From Spirochaetaceae bacterium (GTDB lineage Bacteria; Spirochaetota; Spirochaetia; Treponematales; Rectinemataceae): a DNA stretch of 64,000 nt. The translations under genes were made by a program, and so were the position numbers. Below, one piece after another: positions 34,487 through 43,850 of this stretch (position 1 is its first letter; each line of letters starts with the position of its first letter). Below the pieces are notes generated by a model. The model ran no database searches, was not told the DNA's origin, and saw nothing but the letters and a program-made list of their open reading frames with translations. The DNA lies in assembly GCA_025358255.1 (NCBI GenBank), contig JANYKC010000086.1, forward strand, positions 24,698 through 88,697, written 5' to 3'.

Positions 34487-35476
34487 ATGGACGACAAGAG
34501 TTTCACGGTCCTCGACCTCCTCGACCTCGACCTCAAGGAGCAGAACGCCCTCGACATCCGCTGCATCGGCGGAAGGAAGGGCTTGTCCCGCGAGATCAGC
34601 GTCCCTGACCTGAACAGGCCCGGCCTCGCGCTCTCGGGATTTTTCGAGTCCTTTGCGTGGCAGCGCCTCCAGATCTTCGGGCGGGGCGAGAATGCCTATC
34701 TCAAGAAACTCGAGGAAGAGGGGAAGACCGAAACCTACGAGAAGCTCTTCTCCTATCCCATTCCCGCCTGCATCTTCACGCACAACCTCGCCCCTGGGCG
34801 GGATTTCTTCAAGTACGCGGAAGCCGCGGGCTGTCCCCTTATCCAGACGGACCTGCCCTCCTCGGAGTTCACGAGCCGGATTCTCCGGGTGCTCTCCGAC
34901 ATCTTCGCTCCCCAGACTTCCCTCCACGGCGTCCTGGTGGAGGTCTACGGCATCGGCATCCTCATCACGGGGGATTCAGGCGTCGGAAAGAGCGAGACCG
35001 CCCTGGAGCTCATCGAACGCGGACACCGTCTCGTGGCCGACGACGTGGTGGAAATCCGTTGCGTCAATGGCTCCATCCTCATGGGCCAAGGCGCGAACAA
35101 GGTCATCGGACACCACATGGAGATCCGCGGGCTCGGGATCATCAACATCACCCATCTATTCGGCGTCGGAGCCATCCGCGACAAGAAGCAGATACAGCTT
35201 GTCTGCGGCCTGGAGGAATGGGATTCGGAAAAGGTCTATGACCGGATCGGGACGGACGAGAAGACCCTGGAGATACTTGGCGTGCAGGTCCCGATGCTTG
35301 AGATCCCGGTCAAGCCAGGGCGAAACATCCCCATCATCATCGAGACGGCCTCGATGAACGAGCGCCTCAAGAAGATGGGCTACCATTCTGCGAAGGAGTT
35401 CAACCAGAACATCCTTCGCTGGCTGGAGAGCGAGAACGCCAGGGCAGTCTATTTCAACCGGGACGACTACCTCTAG
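34487..35476 (+). CDS. hprK: HPr kinase/phosphorylase
   Basis: P-loop GDSGVGKSETALELI and the HprK signature HRLVADDVVEI...EIRGLGIINI. Confidence 0.93.
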   Translation: MDDKSFTVLDLLDLDLKEQNALDIRCIGGRKGLSREISVPDLNRPGLALSGFFESFAWQRLQIFGRGENAYLKKLEEEGKTETYEKLFSYPIPACIFTHNLAPGRDFFKYAEAAGCPLIQTDLPSSEFTSRILRVLSDIFAPQTSLHGVLVEVYGIGILITGDSGVGKSETALELIERGHRLVADDVVEIRCVNGSILMGQGANKVIGHHMEIRGLGIINITHLFGVGAIRDKKQIQLVCGLEEWDSEKVYDRIGTDEKTLEILGVQVPMLEIPVKPGRNIPIIIETASMNERLKKMGYHSAKEFNQNILRWLESENARAVYFNRDDYL

Positions 35477-35511
35477 CAAGTGCTTCAGCGGAAAGAAAAA
35501 AGGGAGCGCAC

Positions 35512-35778
35512 ATGACCGAACGATTGGTGACCATCAAGAACCGGGCGGGAATCCACGCGAGACCGGCGGCCCTTATCGTGCAGACGGCCAGCAAATTCGC
35601 CGCCAAGATATGGCTGGAAAAAGGCTCGGACAAGATAAACGCCAAGTCCATCATGGGCATCATCACCCTAGGAGCATCCTTCGGGACGCCCATCCGCATC
35701 ACGGCGGACGGGGCGGACGAGGAAGGGGCGGCGGCCGCGATTGAGGCCCTGTTCCTGAGCCGCTTCGAAGAGGAATGA
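35512..35778 (+). CDS. ptsH: phosphocarrier protein HPr
   Basis: 88 aa. His-15 context NRAGIHARPA and Ser-46 context INAKSIMGI. Confidence 0.93.
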   Translation: MTERLVTIKNRAGIHARPAALIVQTASKFAAKIWLEKGSDKINAKSIMGIITLGASFGTPIRITADGADEEGAAAAIEALFLSRFEEE

Positions 35779-37586
35779 CGGCCCGGGACGCAGGAGGCCC
35801 AGGGAGGGCCGACGAGGATCTCCCCACTCCCGAACCTCTGTCCGCGGCCTGGAGCAGGCAACCCCTCACCGAGCTTTTCCAGATCCTCATCGTCTATGCC
35901 CTGTCTGCCTTGGTCATCTCTATCTACGCCGGGCAAGCGCTTAAAGGAGCCCCTCGCTACCCCCTCCCTTCGGAGGCCCTGCCCCTTGTCATCCTTGGAC
36001 TCCTTCCGCTGGCCCTCCTCATCCTCTTCCTCGTGCGGATCCGTGGCCTATTCGTGGATCTCCTCCGCCGCCGTTTCGGTTCGCGGCTCAGGCTTCGCCT
36101 GGTCACGCTCTTCTTCGTCGCCATCGCCGCGGCCTCCCTTCCCCAGGGCATGGTCCTCCTCAAGCTCGCCAGGAGCACCCAATCACAGGCGGCCTCCGCC
36201 GAAATCCGGAAGGGCATCAGCCAGGGCCTCGACCTGGTCCTCGACTACTATGCCGATGACAGCCGCCGGCTCGAGTACGCCGCCCGCAACGACCTGCCCC
36301 GTCTGGCCTTCGGCAGCATCCCCGCCCATCCGGATCGCGTGCTGGACTCCCTGCGCGAACGCGAGCCTCGCATGGACGCCCTAGAGATATTCGAAAAAGG
36401 TCGATCGGTCGCCTTCGCCGGGGATTCGCAGGCCAAGCTCGGACAGGCGCCGGCTGCAGGGATAGCCGGGCCCCTTTCGGCTTCCACCCATGGGGAAGTG
36501 GTAAGGCTTCGCTATCTCCTTCCCTGGGGCGGGAAAGATGGCTCCATCGTGCTTTCGCTGAGACTCGTGGACAATTTCGGGACGGGGGCCTCGGCCCTCT
36601 CAAGGGCAAAGGTCCAGTCCGAGCTCATGGCTCCCTTCTCCGATCGCTGGGTGCGACTCCTGGTCCTCTTCTACGTCCTTCTCGTCCTCCCCCTCCTCCT
36701 CATCGCGACAATCCTGGGAATCGCAGCCGCCAATTATGTCATCGACCCCATCATCTCCCTCGAAGGGGCGACCCGCCGCGTCGCCTCGGGGGACCTGGGC
36801 ATCCGCCTCCTCGTGAAGCCGGGGGACGAGACCGGCAGGCTGGTGGCCTCGTTCAACCGGATGCTCATGGAAATCGAGCGCTACCGGGAAGGCGACCTCC
36901 AACGAGGCAAGGTGAGCGCATGGAAGGACATAGCCCAACGCCTAGCCCACGAACTAAAGAACCCCCTCACCCCAATCAGGCTGGCCGCGGAAAGGCTCCT
37001 CCGCGTCTCCAAGACTGACCCGTCCAGGGCTTTGGAGCTCCTCGAGCCCTCCATGATGGCCGTCGTTGCCGAAGTCGAGGGCATGGATGCCCTCCTATCG
37101 GATTTCCGGGCCTTCGCCGCCCTCCCCGAGCCGGAGCGGGACTGGGCTGACCTGCGAGGCATCATCGCGGATTCGGTGAGCCTCTACGCGGCATCCTACC
37201 CGGATGTCGTCTTCTCCTTTGATGGCGTCGCCGAGGGCATGGCGCTTCGCGCCGATCGGGCCCAGCTCAAGCGCGCCTTGGCAAACCTGTTCACCAATGC
37301 GATCGAGGCGATGGACGGCAAGGGCCGGATCGAGATACGCTCCGATCTTGTAAAGACGGCTGATTCACGGTATTGTAGGCTCCAAGTCAGCGACGATGGG
37401 CCAGGCATGGCGCCCGAGGTGCTCGAGCGAATCTTTGCGCCCTACTTTTCGACCAAGAAAACGGGCACTGGACTGGGGTTGGCCATCGTCGAGCGCATAA
37501 TCGTCGATCACGGCGGATCGATCCATTGCGAATCGGCGGAAGGCGCCGGCGCATCGTTCTACATCGACCTTCCGATGGACAGATAG
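35775..37586 (+). CDS. NtrY-like membrane sensor histidine kinase (TM, HAMP, HisKA, HATPase_c)
   Basis: HAMP (GDLGIRL...RLVASFNRML), H-box AHELKNPLTPI, N/G boxes (NLFTNAIEAM, DDGPGM, GTGLGLAIV). ATGA overlap with ptsH. Confidence 0.88.
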   Translation: MTARDAGGPGRADEDLPTPEPLSAAWSRQPLTELFQILIVYALSALVISIYAGQALKGAPRYPLPSEALPLVILGLLPLALLILFLVRIRGLFVDLLRRRFGSRLRLRLVTLFFVAIAAASLPQGMVLLKLARSTQSQAASAEIRKGISQGLDLVLDYYADDSRRLEYAARNDLPRLAFGSIPAHPDRVLDSLREREPRMDALEIFEKGRSVAFAGDSQAKLGQAPAAGIAGPLSASTHGEVVRLRYLLPWGGKDGSIVLSLRLVDNFGTGASALSRAKVQSELMAPFSDRWVRLLVLFYVLLVLPLLLIATILGIAAANYVIDPIISLEGATRRVASGDLGIRLLVKPGDETGRLVASFNRMLMEIERYREGDLQRGKVSAWKDIAQRLAHELKNPLTPIRLAAERLLRVSKTDPSRALELLEPSMMAVVAEVEGMDALLSDFRAFAALPEPERDWADLRGIIADSVSLYAASYPDVVFSFDGVAEGMALRADRAQLKRALANLFTNAIEAMDGKGRIEIRSDLVKTADSRYCRLQVSDDGPGMAPEVLERIFAPYFSTKKTGTGLGLAIVERIIVDHGGSIHCESAEGAGASFYIDLPMDR

Positions 37587-37604
37587 CGACACAAAGGGAT
37601 ATGC

Positions 37605-38975
37605 ATGGCGACGATCCTGGTCATCGACGACGAACCCGGCATCCGCAGCGCGGTACGCGGCATTCTCGAGGATGAGGACTACAATGTCCTCGTCGCCGAG
37701 GACGCAATTGTCGGACTCGAACTCCTGGATCGCGGCGGCATAGACCTGGTCCTGCTGGACGTGTGGCTTCCCAGGATGGGCGGGATCGAGGCCCTGGAGG
37801 AAATGAAGCGGCGCCGGCCTGAACTCGCGGTCGCCGTCATCTCCGGCCATGGCAACGTCGAGATGGCGGTCCGCGCCGTCAAGCTTGGCGCCTGGGACTT
37901 CATCGAAAAGCCCCTTTCCATCGAGCGCCTCCTCACCGTAGTGCGCAATGCCCTGGAGACGGCCACACTCCGTCAGGAGAACAAGGCCCTCAAGCAGCAC
38001 AAGGGCGCCGGCATCCCGGTCGAACCCCTCCTTGGCCACTCCACCGCGATGAGCGAAGTATGCAAGCTGGCCATGCTGGCCGCGACCTCCGATGCCAGGG
38101 TCCTTGTCACCGGAGAGAACGGCACGGGCAAGGAACTCCTGGCCCGCTACATCCACGCGAACAGCGATAGGGCCCTTAAGCCCTTCATCGCCCTGAACTG
38201 CGCCGCCATCCCCGAAGGCCTGGTCGAGAGCGAGCTTTTCGGCCATGAACGTGGGGCTTTCACCGATGCCGTAAGCCGGCGGATCGGCCGGTTCGAAGCC
38301 GCCAACGGCGGAACACTCTTCCTTGACGAAGTGGCCGACCTGTCCCTGTCCGCCCAGTCCAAGCTCCTCCGCGTCCTCCAGGAAATGCGTTTTGAGCGGC
38401 TCGGCGGCGAGGAGACCATATCCATCGATGTGCGCGTCGTGGCGGCGACCAACAAGGACATCCGCGCGGAGATCGAAGCCGGGCGTTTCCGCGAAGACCT
38501 CTATTTCCGGCTCGCCGTCATCCCGATCCGCATGCCGTCTCTCAGCGAGCGCAAGGATGACATCCCTGAGCTTTGCGATGCCTTCCTCACCCTCGCGAAC
38601 GGCATCGCGTCCAGGAGCCTCAGCCCCGAAGCCGCCGAAGCCCTCGCGGCGAGGAATTGGCCAGGCAACGTCCGCGAGCTCAAGAACGCCATGGAACGCC
38701 TGGTGGTGCTTTCGGACGAGGTCGTGATCAGCCGCGCCACGGTCGAAAAGGTCCTTGGGCTCCAGAAGGCGGCGGAAGCGGCGTTTTCGGACATCCCGGG
38801 CCGCTACCTTGACCTCGGGCTCCAGGACGCGAAGGAGCTTTTCGAGCGCGACTATCTTGCGCACAAACTGAAGGAAAGCCATTATAATATTTCCCGCACC
38901 GCGGAAGCGATCGGCGTCTACCCGAGCGGACTCCACGCCAAGATCAAAAAGTTCGGGATCGAGCAGGAAAAATGA
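37605..38975 (+). CDS. sigma-54-dependent response regulator (NtrC/NtrX family enhancer-binding protein)
   Basis: Receiver domain (DLVLLDVWLP). AAA+ domain with GENGTGKE, ESELFGHERGAFTDA (GAFTGA variant) and VRVVAATN. C-terminal HTH. Confidence 0.92.
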   Translation: MATILVIDDEPGIRSAVRGILEDEDYNVLVAEDAIVGLELLDRGGIDLVLLDVWLPRMGGIEALEEMKRRRPELAVAVISGHGNVEMAVRAVKLGAWDFIEKPLSIERLLTVVRNALETATLRQENKALKQHKGAGIPVEPLLGHSTAMSEVCKLAMLAATSDARVLVTGENGTGKELLARYIHANSDRALKPFIALNCAAIPEGLVESELFGHERGAFTDAVSRRIGRFEAANGGTLFLDEVADLSLSAQSKLLRVLQEMRFERLGGEETISIDVRVVAATNKDIRAEIEAGRFREDLYFRLAVIPIRMPSLSERKDDIPELCDAFLTLANGIASRSLSPEAAEALAARNWPGNVRELKNAMERLVVLSDEVVISRATVEKVLGLQKAAEAAFSDIPGRYLDLGLQDAKELFERDYLAHKLKESHYNISRTAEAIGVYPSGLHAKIKKFGIEQEK

Positions 38976-39574
38976 AAAACTTGACCGAGCGCCAGCAGGC
39001 AGTGCTCGACTTCATCGCGCAATTCATCGAGGGGCATGCCTATCCTCCGACGATCCGCGAAATCGCGGATCATTTCTCGATATCCGTCAAGGGTGCCTAC
39101 GACCATGTGAAGGCCCTTGAGAAGAAGGGCAAGCTGCGCCTGGGCGAAAACCGCTCGCGTGCCCTCGAGATCATCCGCGATGACCGGCATGAAAGGGCGG
39201 TGGTCGACGTGCCCCTCCTCGGCGTCGTGGCCGCGGGGAAGCCCATATTCGCCGAGGAGAACTTCTCCGGTCGCATCCCTATCCCCGCCGACATGGTCAG
39301 GCAGGCTTCCACCTGTTTCGCGCTCACCGTCCGCGGGGACAGCATGCGGGACGCCGGCATCTTCCATGGGGATATCGCCGTCATCGAGGAAAGGCAGACG
39401 GCGGAAAATGGCGAGATCGTCGTGGCCATGATCGATGACGCCGTGACCCTGAAGCGCTTCTTCCGGGAGAACAACCGGGTGAGGCTCGTCGCGGAGAACT
39501 CGGCCTATTCGCCCATCTACACCCAGGACGTCAAGATCCTCGGTCGCCTCAAGGGCATCATCCGGAAGTACTGA
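38972..39574 (+). CDS. lexA: LexA repressor
   Basis: N-terminal wHTH (PTIREIADHF), cleavage site VAAG, catalytic Ser (RGDSM) and Lys (TLKRF). ATGA overlap with the upstream gene. Confidence 0.92.
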   Translation: MKNLTERQQAVLDFIAQFIEGHAYPPTIREIADHFSISVKGAYDHVKALEKKGKLRLGENRSRALEIIRDDRHERAVVDVPLLGVVAAGKPIFAEENFSGRIPIPADMVRQASTCFALTVRGDSMRDAGIFHGDIAVIEERQTAENGEIVVAMIDDAVTLKRFFRENNRVRLVAENSAYSPIYTQDVKILGRLKGIIRKY

Positions 39575-39576
39575 GC

Positions 39577-40563
39577 ATGAAGCTGGAGACGGTTTACCTC
39601 CTGGCTGGGCCTGAAGCGGGCAAGCGACAGGCTTTCATCGCCGAGGTCAAGGCCGCCATCCTGGCGGTGGACAAGGCTCCCGCCGAGGAGCATCGCCTTT
39701 ACGCCCAAGACACGACCGTGGGCGACCTCCTCTCCCTCCTCAGGAACGGCTCCCTTTTCTCCTCTCGCCGCATCGTGGAATTCCGTGGCGTCGAATCGGT
39801 CAAGGCCAAGGACGATATCCGCGCCTTGGCCGACTATGCGGCCCAGCCAGCGAAGGACGCGGTCCTCATCCTCGTCACCGAATCCTTTTACGCCGAAAAA
39901 GGGCTCGAAGACGCCGTGGGCAAGGACAGGAAGCGGACCTTCTATGAGCTGTTCGACAACGAGAAACCGCGCTGGGTCGAACGAAGGCTCCGAGAACAGG
40001 GCGTCTCCATCGACGAAGACGCCGTCGAGACCCTCCTTGAGCTCATCGAAAACGACACCGAGGACCTGGAGGCCGCCTGTTCCCGGTTGTCCTTGCTCTT
40101 TCCCGAAGGGAGCCGCCTGCATGCACAGGACGTCGAGGCCGCCCTCTCGCGCAACCGGCAGGAGGACGCCTTCAGCCTCTTCGCGCGCATGGTGGAGGAC
40201 GAGCCGCCTTGGGCACTTGAGACCCTGGACACGGTCCTGGCTGAACGCCAGGGAGGCGCGGTCCAGATCGTCTCCGCCCTCACCTGGAGCTTCCGCCGCC
40301 TCCTCAAGCTCCACGCCCTGCTCCAAGGCGGAGAAGCCTTCGATACGGCCTGCCTCAAGCAAGGCATCAGGGCAAAAAGCCTCCAAGCCCTCCACCGACG
40401 GGCGGTCGAGCGATACCCTAGGCCGGACTGCGAGCGCATCATCCGCCTGGCCTCGGAATTCGACGAACGCTCACGCGTCTCGGGTTCCGCCCTCGAGCGA
40501 GCGGTCCTCCAGCTATTCGTCTATGGCTGCATGGTGAAGAAGGGACAGCTCTCGCTCCGCTGA
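39577..40563 (+). CDS. holA: DNA polymerase III subunit delta
   Basis: Length, and an N-terminus (VYLLAGPE...) and helical C-terminal domain typical of HolA. Starts 2 nt after the lexA stop. Confidence 0.75.
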   Translation: MKLETVYLLAGPEAGKRQAFIAEVKAAILAVDKAPAEEHRLYAQDTTVGDLLSLLRNGSLFSSRRIVEFRGVESVKAKDDIRALADYAAQPAKDAVLILVTESFYAEKGLEDAVGKDRKRTFYELFDNEKPRWVERRLREQGVSIDEDAVETLLELIENDTEDLEAACSRLSLLFPEGSRLHAQDVEAALSRNRQEDAFSLFARMVEDEPPWALETLDTVLAERQGGAVQIVSALTWSFRRLLKLHALLQGGEAFDTACLKQGIRAKSLQALHRRAVERYPRPDCERIIRLASEFDERSRVSGSALERAVLQLFVYGCMVKKGQLSLR

Positions 40564-40567
40564 TCCT

Positions 40568-42214
40568 TCAGCGGGATCCATCGGGTGCGACGAATAGCGC
40601 CTCGCATGGGCCCAACTCGAGACGCCCCGAGGGGACAGTCCCCGCGTGCGGCGAACCGCCGCCAATTCCCGCCGACAGGAGGACGACGCCGCCTTCTGGC
40701 AGTTCCACCGTCCGGGCACGGGATGCGAGATTGAGCAGGACCACGGTGGTGTCGGAGCCGGCCCATGGCGCTCCATGCCCCTCCTTCCCCCTTTCCCAGG
40801 CAAGCACATCCCCTCCATTCCCCAGGTCGAGGAAGCGGATCGCACCTTCGCGCAATGAAGGCCGGCTCTTCCTGAGGGAAATCACCGCTTTATACCAATT
40901 AAGCATGGACTGTGCGTCCCCTTCCTGGACGGCGACGTTCCGCGATTCCCAGTCGGAATTGATGGGCAGCCAGGGCTGGGCCGGGAAGGAGCCGAAGCCC
41001 GCGTCCTCTCCCTGGTCCCATTGCATCGGGGTCCTCTCGGGGTCGCGCCCCAGGAAGCCCAAGGGCCAGGTCCGGACGCCCAGCGGGTCCCTGAGGCGCG
41101 ACCTGGGCACCCTTTGGCAGATCATCGCCAGCTCCTCGCCGTAGTACACGAAAGGCGTCCCGCGCAAGCCAAGGAGCATGGCCGCTGCGACGCGGGCACG
41201 CGCCTCGGTGATCGCCGGGGAGGCGTCGCGGAAACGGAAGGCGGCACGCGGACGATCATGGTTCGAGAGGGTGAAGTTCGGCCATGCGCCCACCGGGAGG
41301 GCTTTGTACCAGCGCTCGGCCGAATCCCTGAAGGCGGTGGCGCTCCAAGGCTGGTTGAGGAAATCGAAGTTGAAGGCCATGTGAAGCTCGTCGTCATGTT
41401 CCCCATGGCAAGCCGCCGCGAGCTCCGCCTCCTGCCCGTGGGTCTCGCCGATGAGGACGCGCTCCCCGGCTTCCTCGGAGATGCGCCGCATCGCCTTGAA
41501 CACCTCATGGCATTCCGGCCCGTTCCTGTCGTGGTCATGCTTCTGGAAGAGATCGGGATTGGCCTTCCATGAAAAGGGGTTTGAGCGGAATCCGGCATCC
41601 TTGAAATAGGCGGTGGCAACGTCCAGCCGGAAGCCATCAACTCCGATATCATACCAATAGGTCATGATGTCGTAGATCTCCCTCCGGAAATCCGGGTTGC
41701 GCCAGTCGAACTCGGGCTGGAACCGCGTGAACGTGGCCAGATAGCGTTCCCCGGTCGCCTTGTTCGGATACCAGGCGGAGCGGAGCTCGAAAAGGCTCTT
41801 CCAGTTGTTGGGGACTTTCCCCGCCAGGGGCTTCCAGATGTAGAAAGCATGCTCGGGGGCGGTCTTGGAGGCGCGAGCCGCCTTGAACCAGGGATGTTCG
41901 TCCGAGGAGTGGTTCACGACCAGGTCCAGGACTATCCTGATGCCCCGCCGGTGTGCCTCGGCGGAGAGGACCTTGAAATCCTCGATGGTGCCGAACATCG
42001 GGTCGACTCCCCGGTAGTCGGCGACGTCGTAGCCAAAGTCCTTCATCGGACTCGGGAAGAAAGGCGATATCCAGAGGGCATCCACACCCAGGCCGGACAG
42101 GTAGTCGAGCTTCCCCGTTATGCCAGAAAGGTCGCCGATGCCGTCGCCATTGGAATCAGCGAAACTCCGTGGGTAAATCTGGTAAAACACCGCGTCTTTC
42201 CACCACTGCCGCAT
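40568..42214 (-). CDS. GH13 alpha-glucosidase (oligo-1,6-glucosidase / trehalose-6-P hydrolase-like)
   Basis: YQIYPRSFADSNGDGIGDL, GVDGFRLDV, GETH and FLSNHD-type (TLSNHDRPR) conserved regions. Confidence 0.9.
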   Translation of the reverse strand: MRQWWKDAVFYQIYPRSFADSNGDGIGDLSGITGKLDYLSGLGVDALWISPFFPSPMKDFGYDVADYRGVDPMFGTIEDFKVLSAEAHRRGIRIVLDLVVNHSSDEHPWFKAARASKTAPEHAFYIWKPLAGKVPNNWKSLFELRSAWYPNKATGERYLATFTRFQPEFDWRNPDFRREIYDIMTYWYDIGVDGFRLDVATAYFKDAGFRSNPFSWKANPDLFQKHDHDRNGPECHEVFKAMRRISEEAGERVLIGETHGQEAELAAACHGEHDDELHMAFNFDFLNQPWSATAFRDSAERWYKALPVGAWPNFTLSNHDRPRAAFRFRDASPAITEARARVAAAMLLGLRGTPFVYYGEELAMICQRVPRSRLRDPLGVRTWPLGFLGRDPERTPMQWDQGEDAGFGSFPAQPWLPINSDWESRNVAVQEGDAQSMLNWYKAVISLRKSRPSLREGAIRFLDLGNGGDVLAWERGKEGHGAPWAGSDTTVVLLNLASRARTVELPEGGVVLLSAGIGGGSPHAGTVPSGRLELGPCEALFVAPDGSR

Positions 42215-42229
42215 GGGACCTCCACCTTG

Positions 42230-42577
42230 TCACTCGGCGCGGACGCGCCCGACTATCTCCAGTTCGACGTCCCGCGCGGCGAAGGCCTGGCATGCCAGTC
42301 GCTCGTCGCTCCCGCCGCCTACTGCGGCCAGGCGGAGGAGCTCACCCGGCCCCGGACGGGAAAGCCCCGCGCCGCCCTGGAGGACGCGGATCCTGCAGGT
42401 GCCGCAGCGCGCCTTGCCGCCGCAGTCGTGGGGAATGGCCTCGCCCGCGGCCAGGAGGCTGTTCAGGATCGAGAACGCCGCTGAGCCGGGGATGAGGTCG
42501 ACTGGTCCATCCGCCGGGGCAGGCGCTTCCCCTGGGAGGCCGACCGGGGCGGCGCGGTGAACCTTCAGTATTGCCAT
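42230..42577 (-). CDS. (2Fe-2S) ferredoxin-like protein
   Basis: HDCGGKARCGTCRIRV...LACQ cysteine pattern. ATG at 42577 chosen over the longer ORF. Confidence 0.7.
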   Translation of the reverse strand: MAILKVHRAAPVGLPGEAPAPADGPVDLIPGSAAFSILNSLLAAGEAIPHDCGGKARCGTCRIRVLQGGAGLSRPGPGELLRLAAVGGGSDERLACQAFAARDVELEIVGRVRAE

Positions 42578-42608
42578 GCTTCGAAGTTGCCTCCGGGCGG
42601 GACGCCGG

Positions 42609-43685
42609 TCATTCCGCGATCGTGACGCGGTCCCGGCCGGCCTGCTTGGAGGAGTAGAGGGCCCTGTCGGCGCGGTCGATGAGGGATTTGCCCGAGACAT
42701 CCCGCGCGGGATCGTACTGGGCCGCGCCGAGGGATATCGTCACGTGGAGGGTAAGTCCGTCATAGACGGTGGCAGTACCCGAGACGCCCTTCCGTATCCG
42801 CTCGGCGACCGCAAGGGCATGCTCCTTGTCCGTATCGGGAAGGAGGACGCAGAATTCCTCGCCGCCGTAGCGCGCCGCGAGGTCGACGGTCCGGACGCTC
42901 GCCTGTATGATGCGCGCGACCTGCTTGAGGACGGCGTCACCGCACTGATGGCCGTAGGTGTCGTTGAATTTCTTGAAGAAATCGATGTCGATCATGACGA
43001 TGGAAAGGGCGCGGTCATGGACGGCCGAATGCTCCATCTTCTCGAGGAGGACGGTGTAGAAATAGTGCTTCATCTTGAGCTTCGTCATCATGTCCGTCGT
43101 GGTCATCTCGAAAAGGAATGCGTTGTTGATGGCTATCGCCGCCAGGATGGCGATGTCGAGGACATAGGACTTGTCGTTGTCGGTGAAGGCCTCGTCCTCG
43201 ATCTGCTTGCCGATGATGATGATGCCGTTGATGACGCCCTTGGCCTTGAGGGGCACGACGAGGGAAGGCTCAAGGGAAGCGAGCCCCTCTATTCCGCGGA
43301 AGGAGCCCAAGCGCTCCTTGATCTCGTCCAGGCTGTAGCAGCGATAATGGCGGGAGAGGAGCTTGATGAGGTCATGGTCCTCGGCTATGGCAAAATTCGT
43401 GGCGTGGTCGACCTCGAAGCCCTTGTAATTCCGGTGCAGGCTGAAATAGGGGGTGTCGATCCCCTTCTTGGCAAAGAGGCCGGCCTTGAGCACCTTCATC
43501 TGCCCCATTATCGTGAAGAGGATCGAGTCTATGAGGATATTGTAGTCGAGGGTCGAATTGAGGCTTTTTGACACTTCCACGAGTTGCCGGAGATCGAATA
43601 CCTGTTTTTCATAGGCGTCTCGCTCGGTCTCATCGAGAGCCCCGAGTGTCGCGGGCTTTTCTGGCATGCTGATAGGGCCCTCCAC
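42609..43685 (-). CDS. GAF domain-containing diguanylate cyclase (GGDEF)
   Basis: Active-site RYGGEEF and an RxxD-type I-site candidate upstream. N-terminal GAF-like half. Confidence 0.88.
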   Translation of the reverse strand: MEGPISMPEKPATLGALDETERDAYEKQVFDLRQLVEVSKSLNSTLDYNILIDSILFTIMGQMKVLKAGLFAKKGIDTPYFSLHRNYKGFEVDHATNFAIAEDHDLIKLLSRHYRCYSLDEIKERLGSFRGIEGLASLEPSLVVPLKAKGVINGIIIIGKQIEDEAFTDNDKSYVLDIAILAAIAINNAFLFEMTTTDMMTKLKMKHYFYTVLLEKMEHSAVHDRALSIVMIDIDFFKKFNDTYGHQCGDAVLKQVARIIQASVRTVDLAARYGGEEFCVLLPDTDKEHALAVAERIRKGVSGTATVYDGLTLHVTISLGAAQYDPARDVSGKSLIDRADRALYSSKQAGRDRVTIAE

Positions 43686-43810
43686 GAATAACTCCCCAAG
43701 TATACCGGGGTCTTCTCGATCGCACCAGAGCAGAAGCCCGCCACGCGGAAAGAAACTCTCGAATGGAAAGCCGGTCCAGGAAATGTCGCTTGCGTCCCTG
43801 AAGATGGGAT

Positions 43811-43837
43811 GATAATATGACCATAGGTCATATTATC
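43811..43837. promoter_or_regulatory. perfect 12-3-12 palindromic operator candidate
   Basis: gataatatgacc ata ggtcatattatc, ending 13 nt before the ATG at 43851. Contains -10-like TAATAT/TATTAT hexamers. Confidence 0.6.
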
Positions 43838-43850
43838 TGCGAGGTCATTT

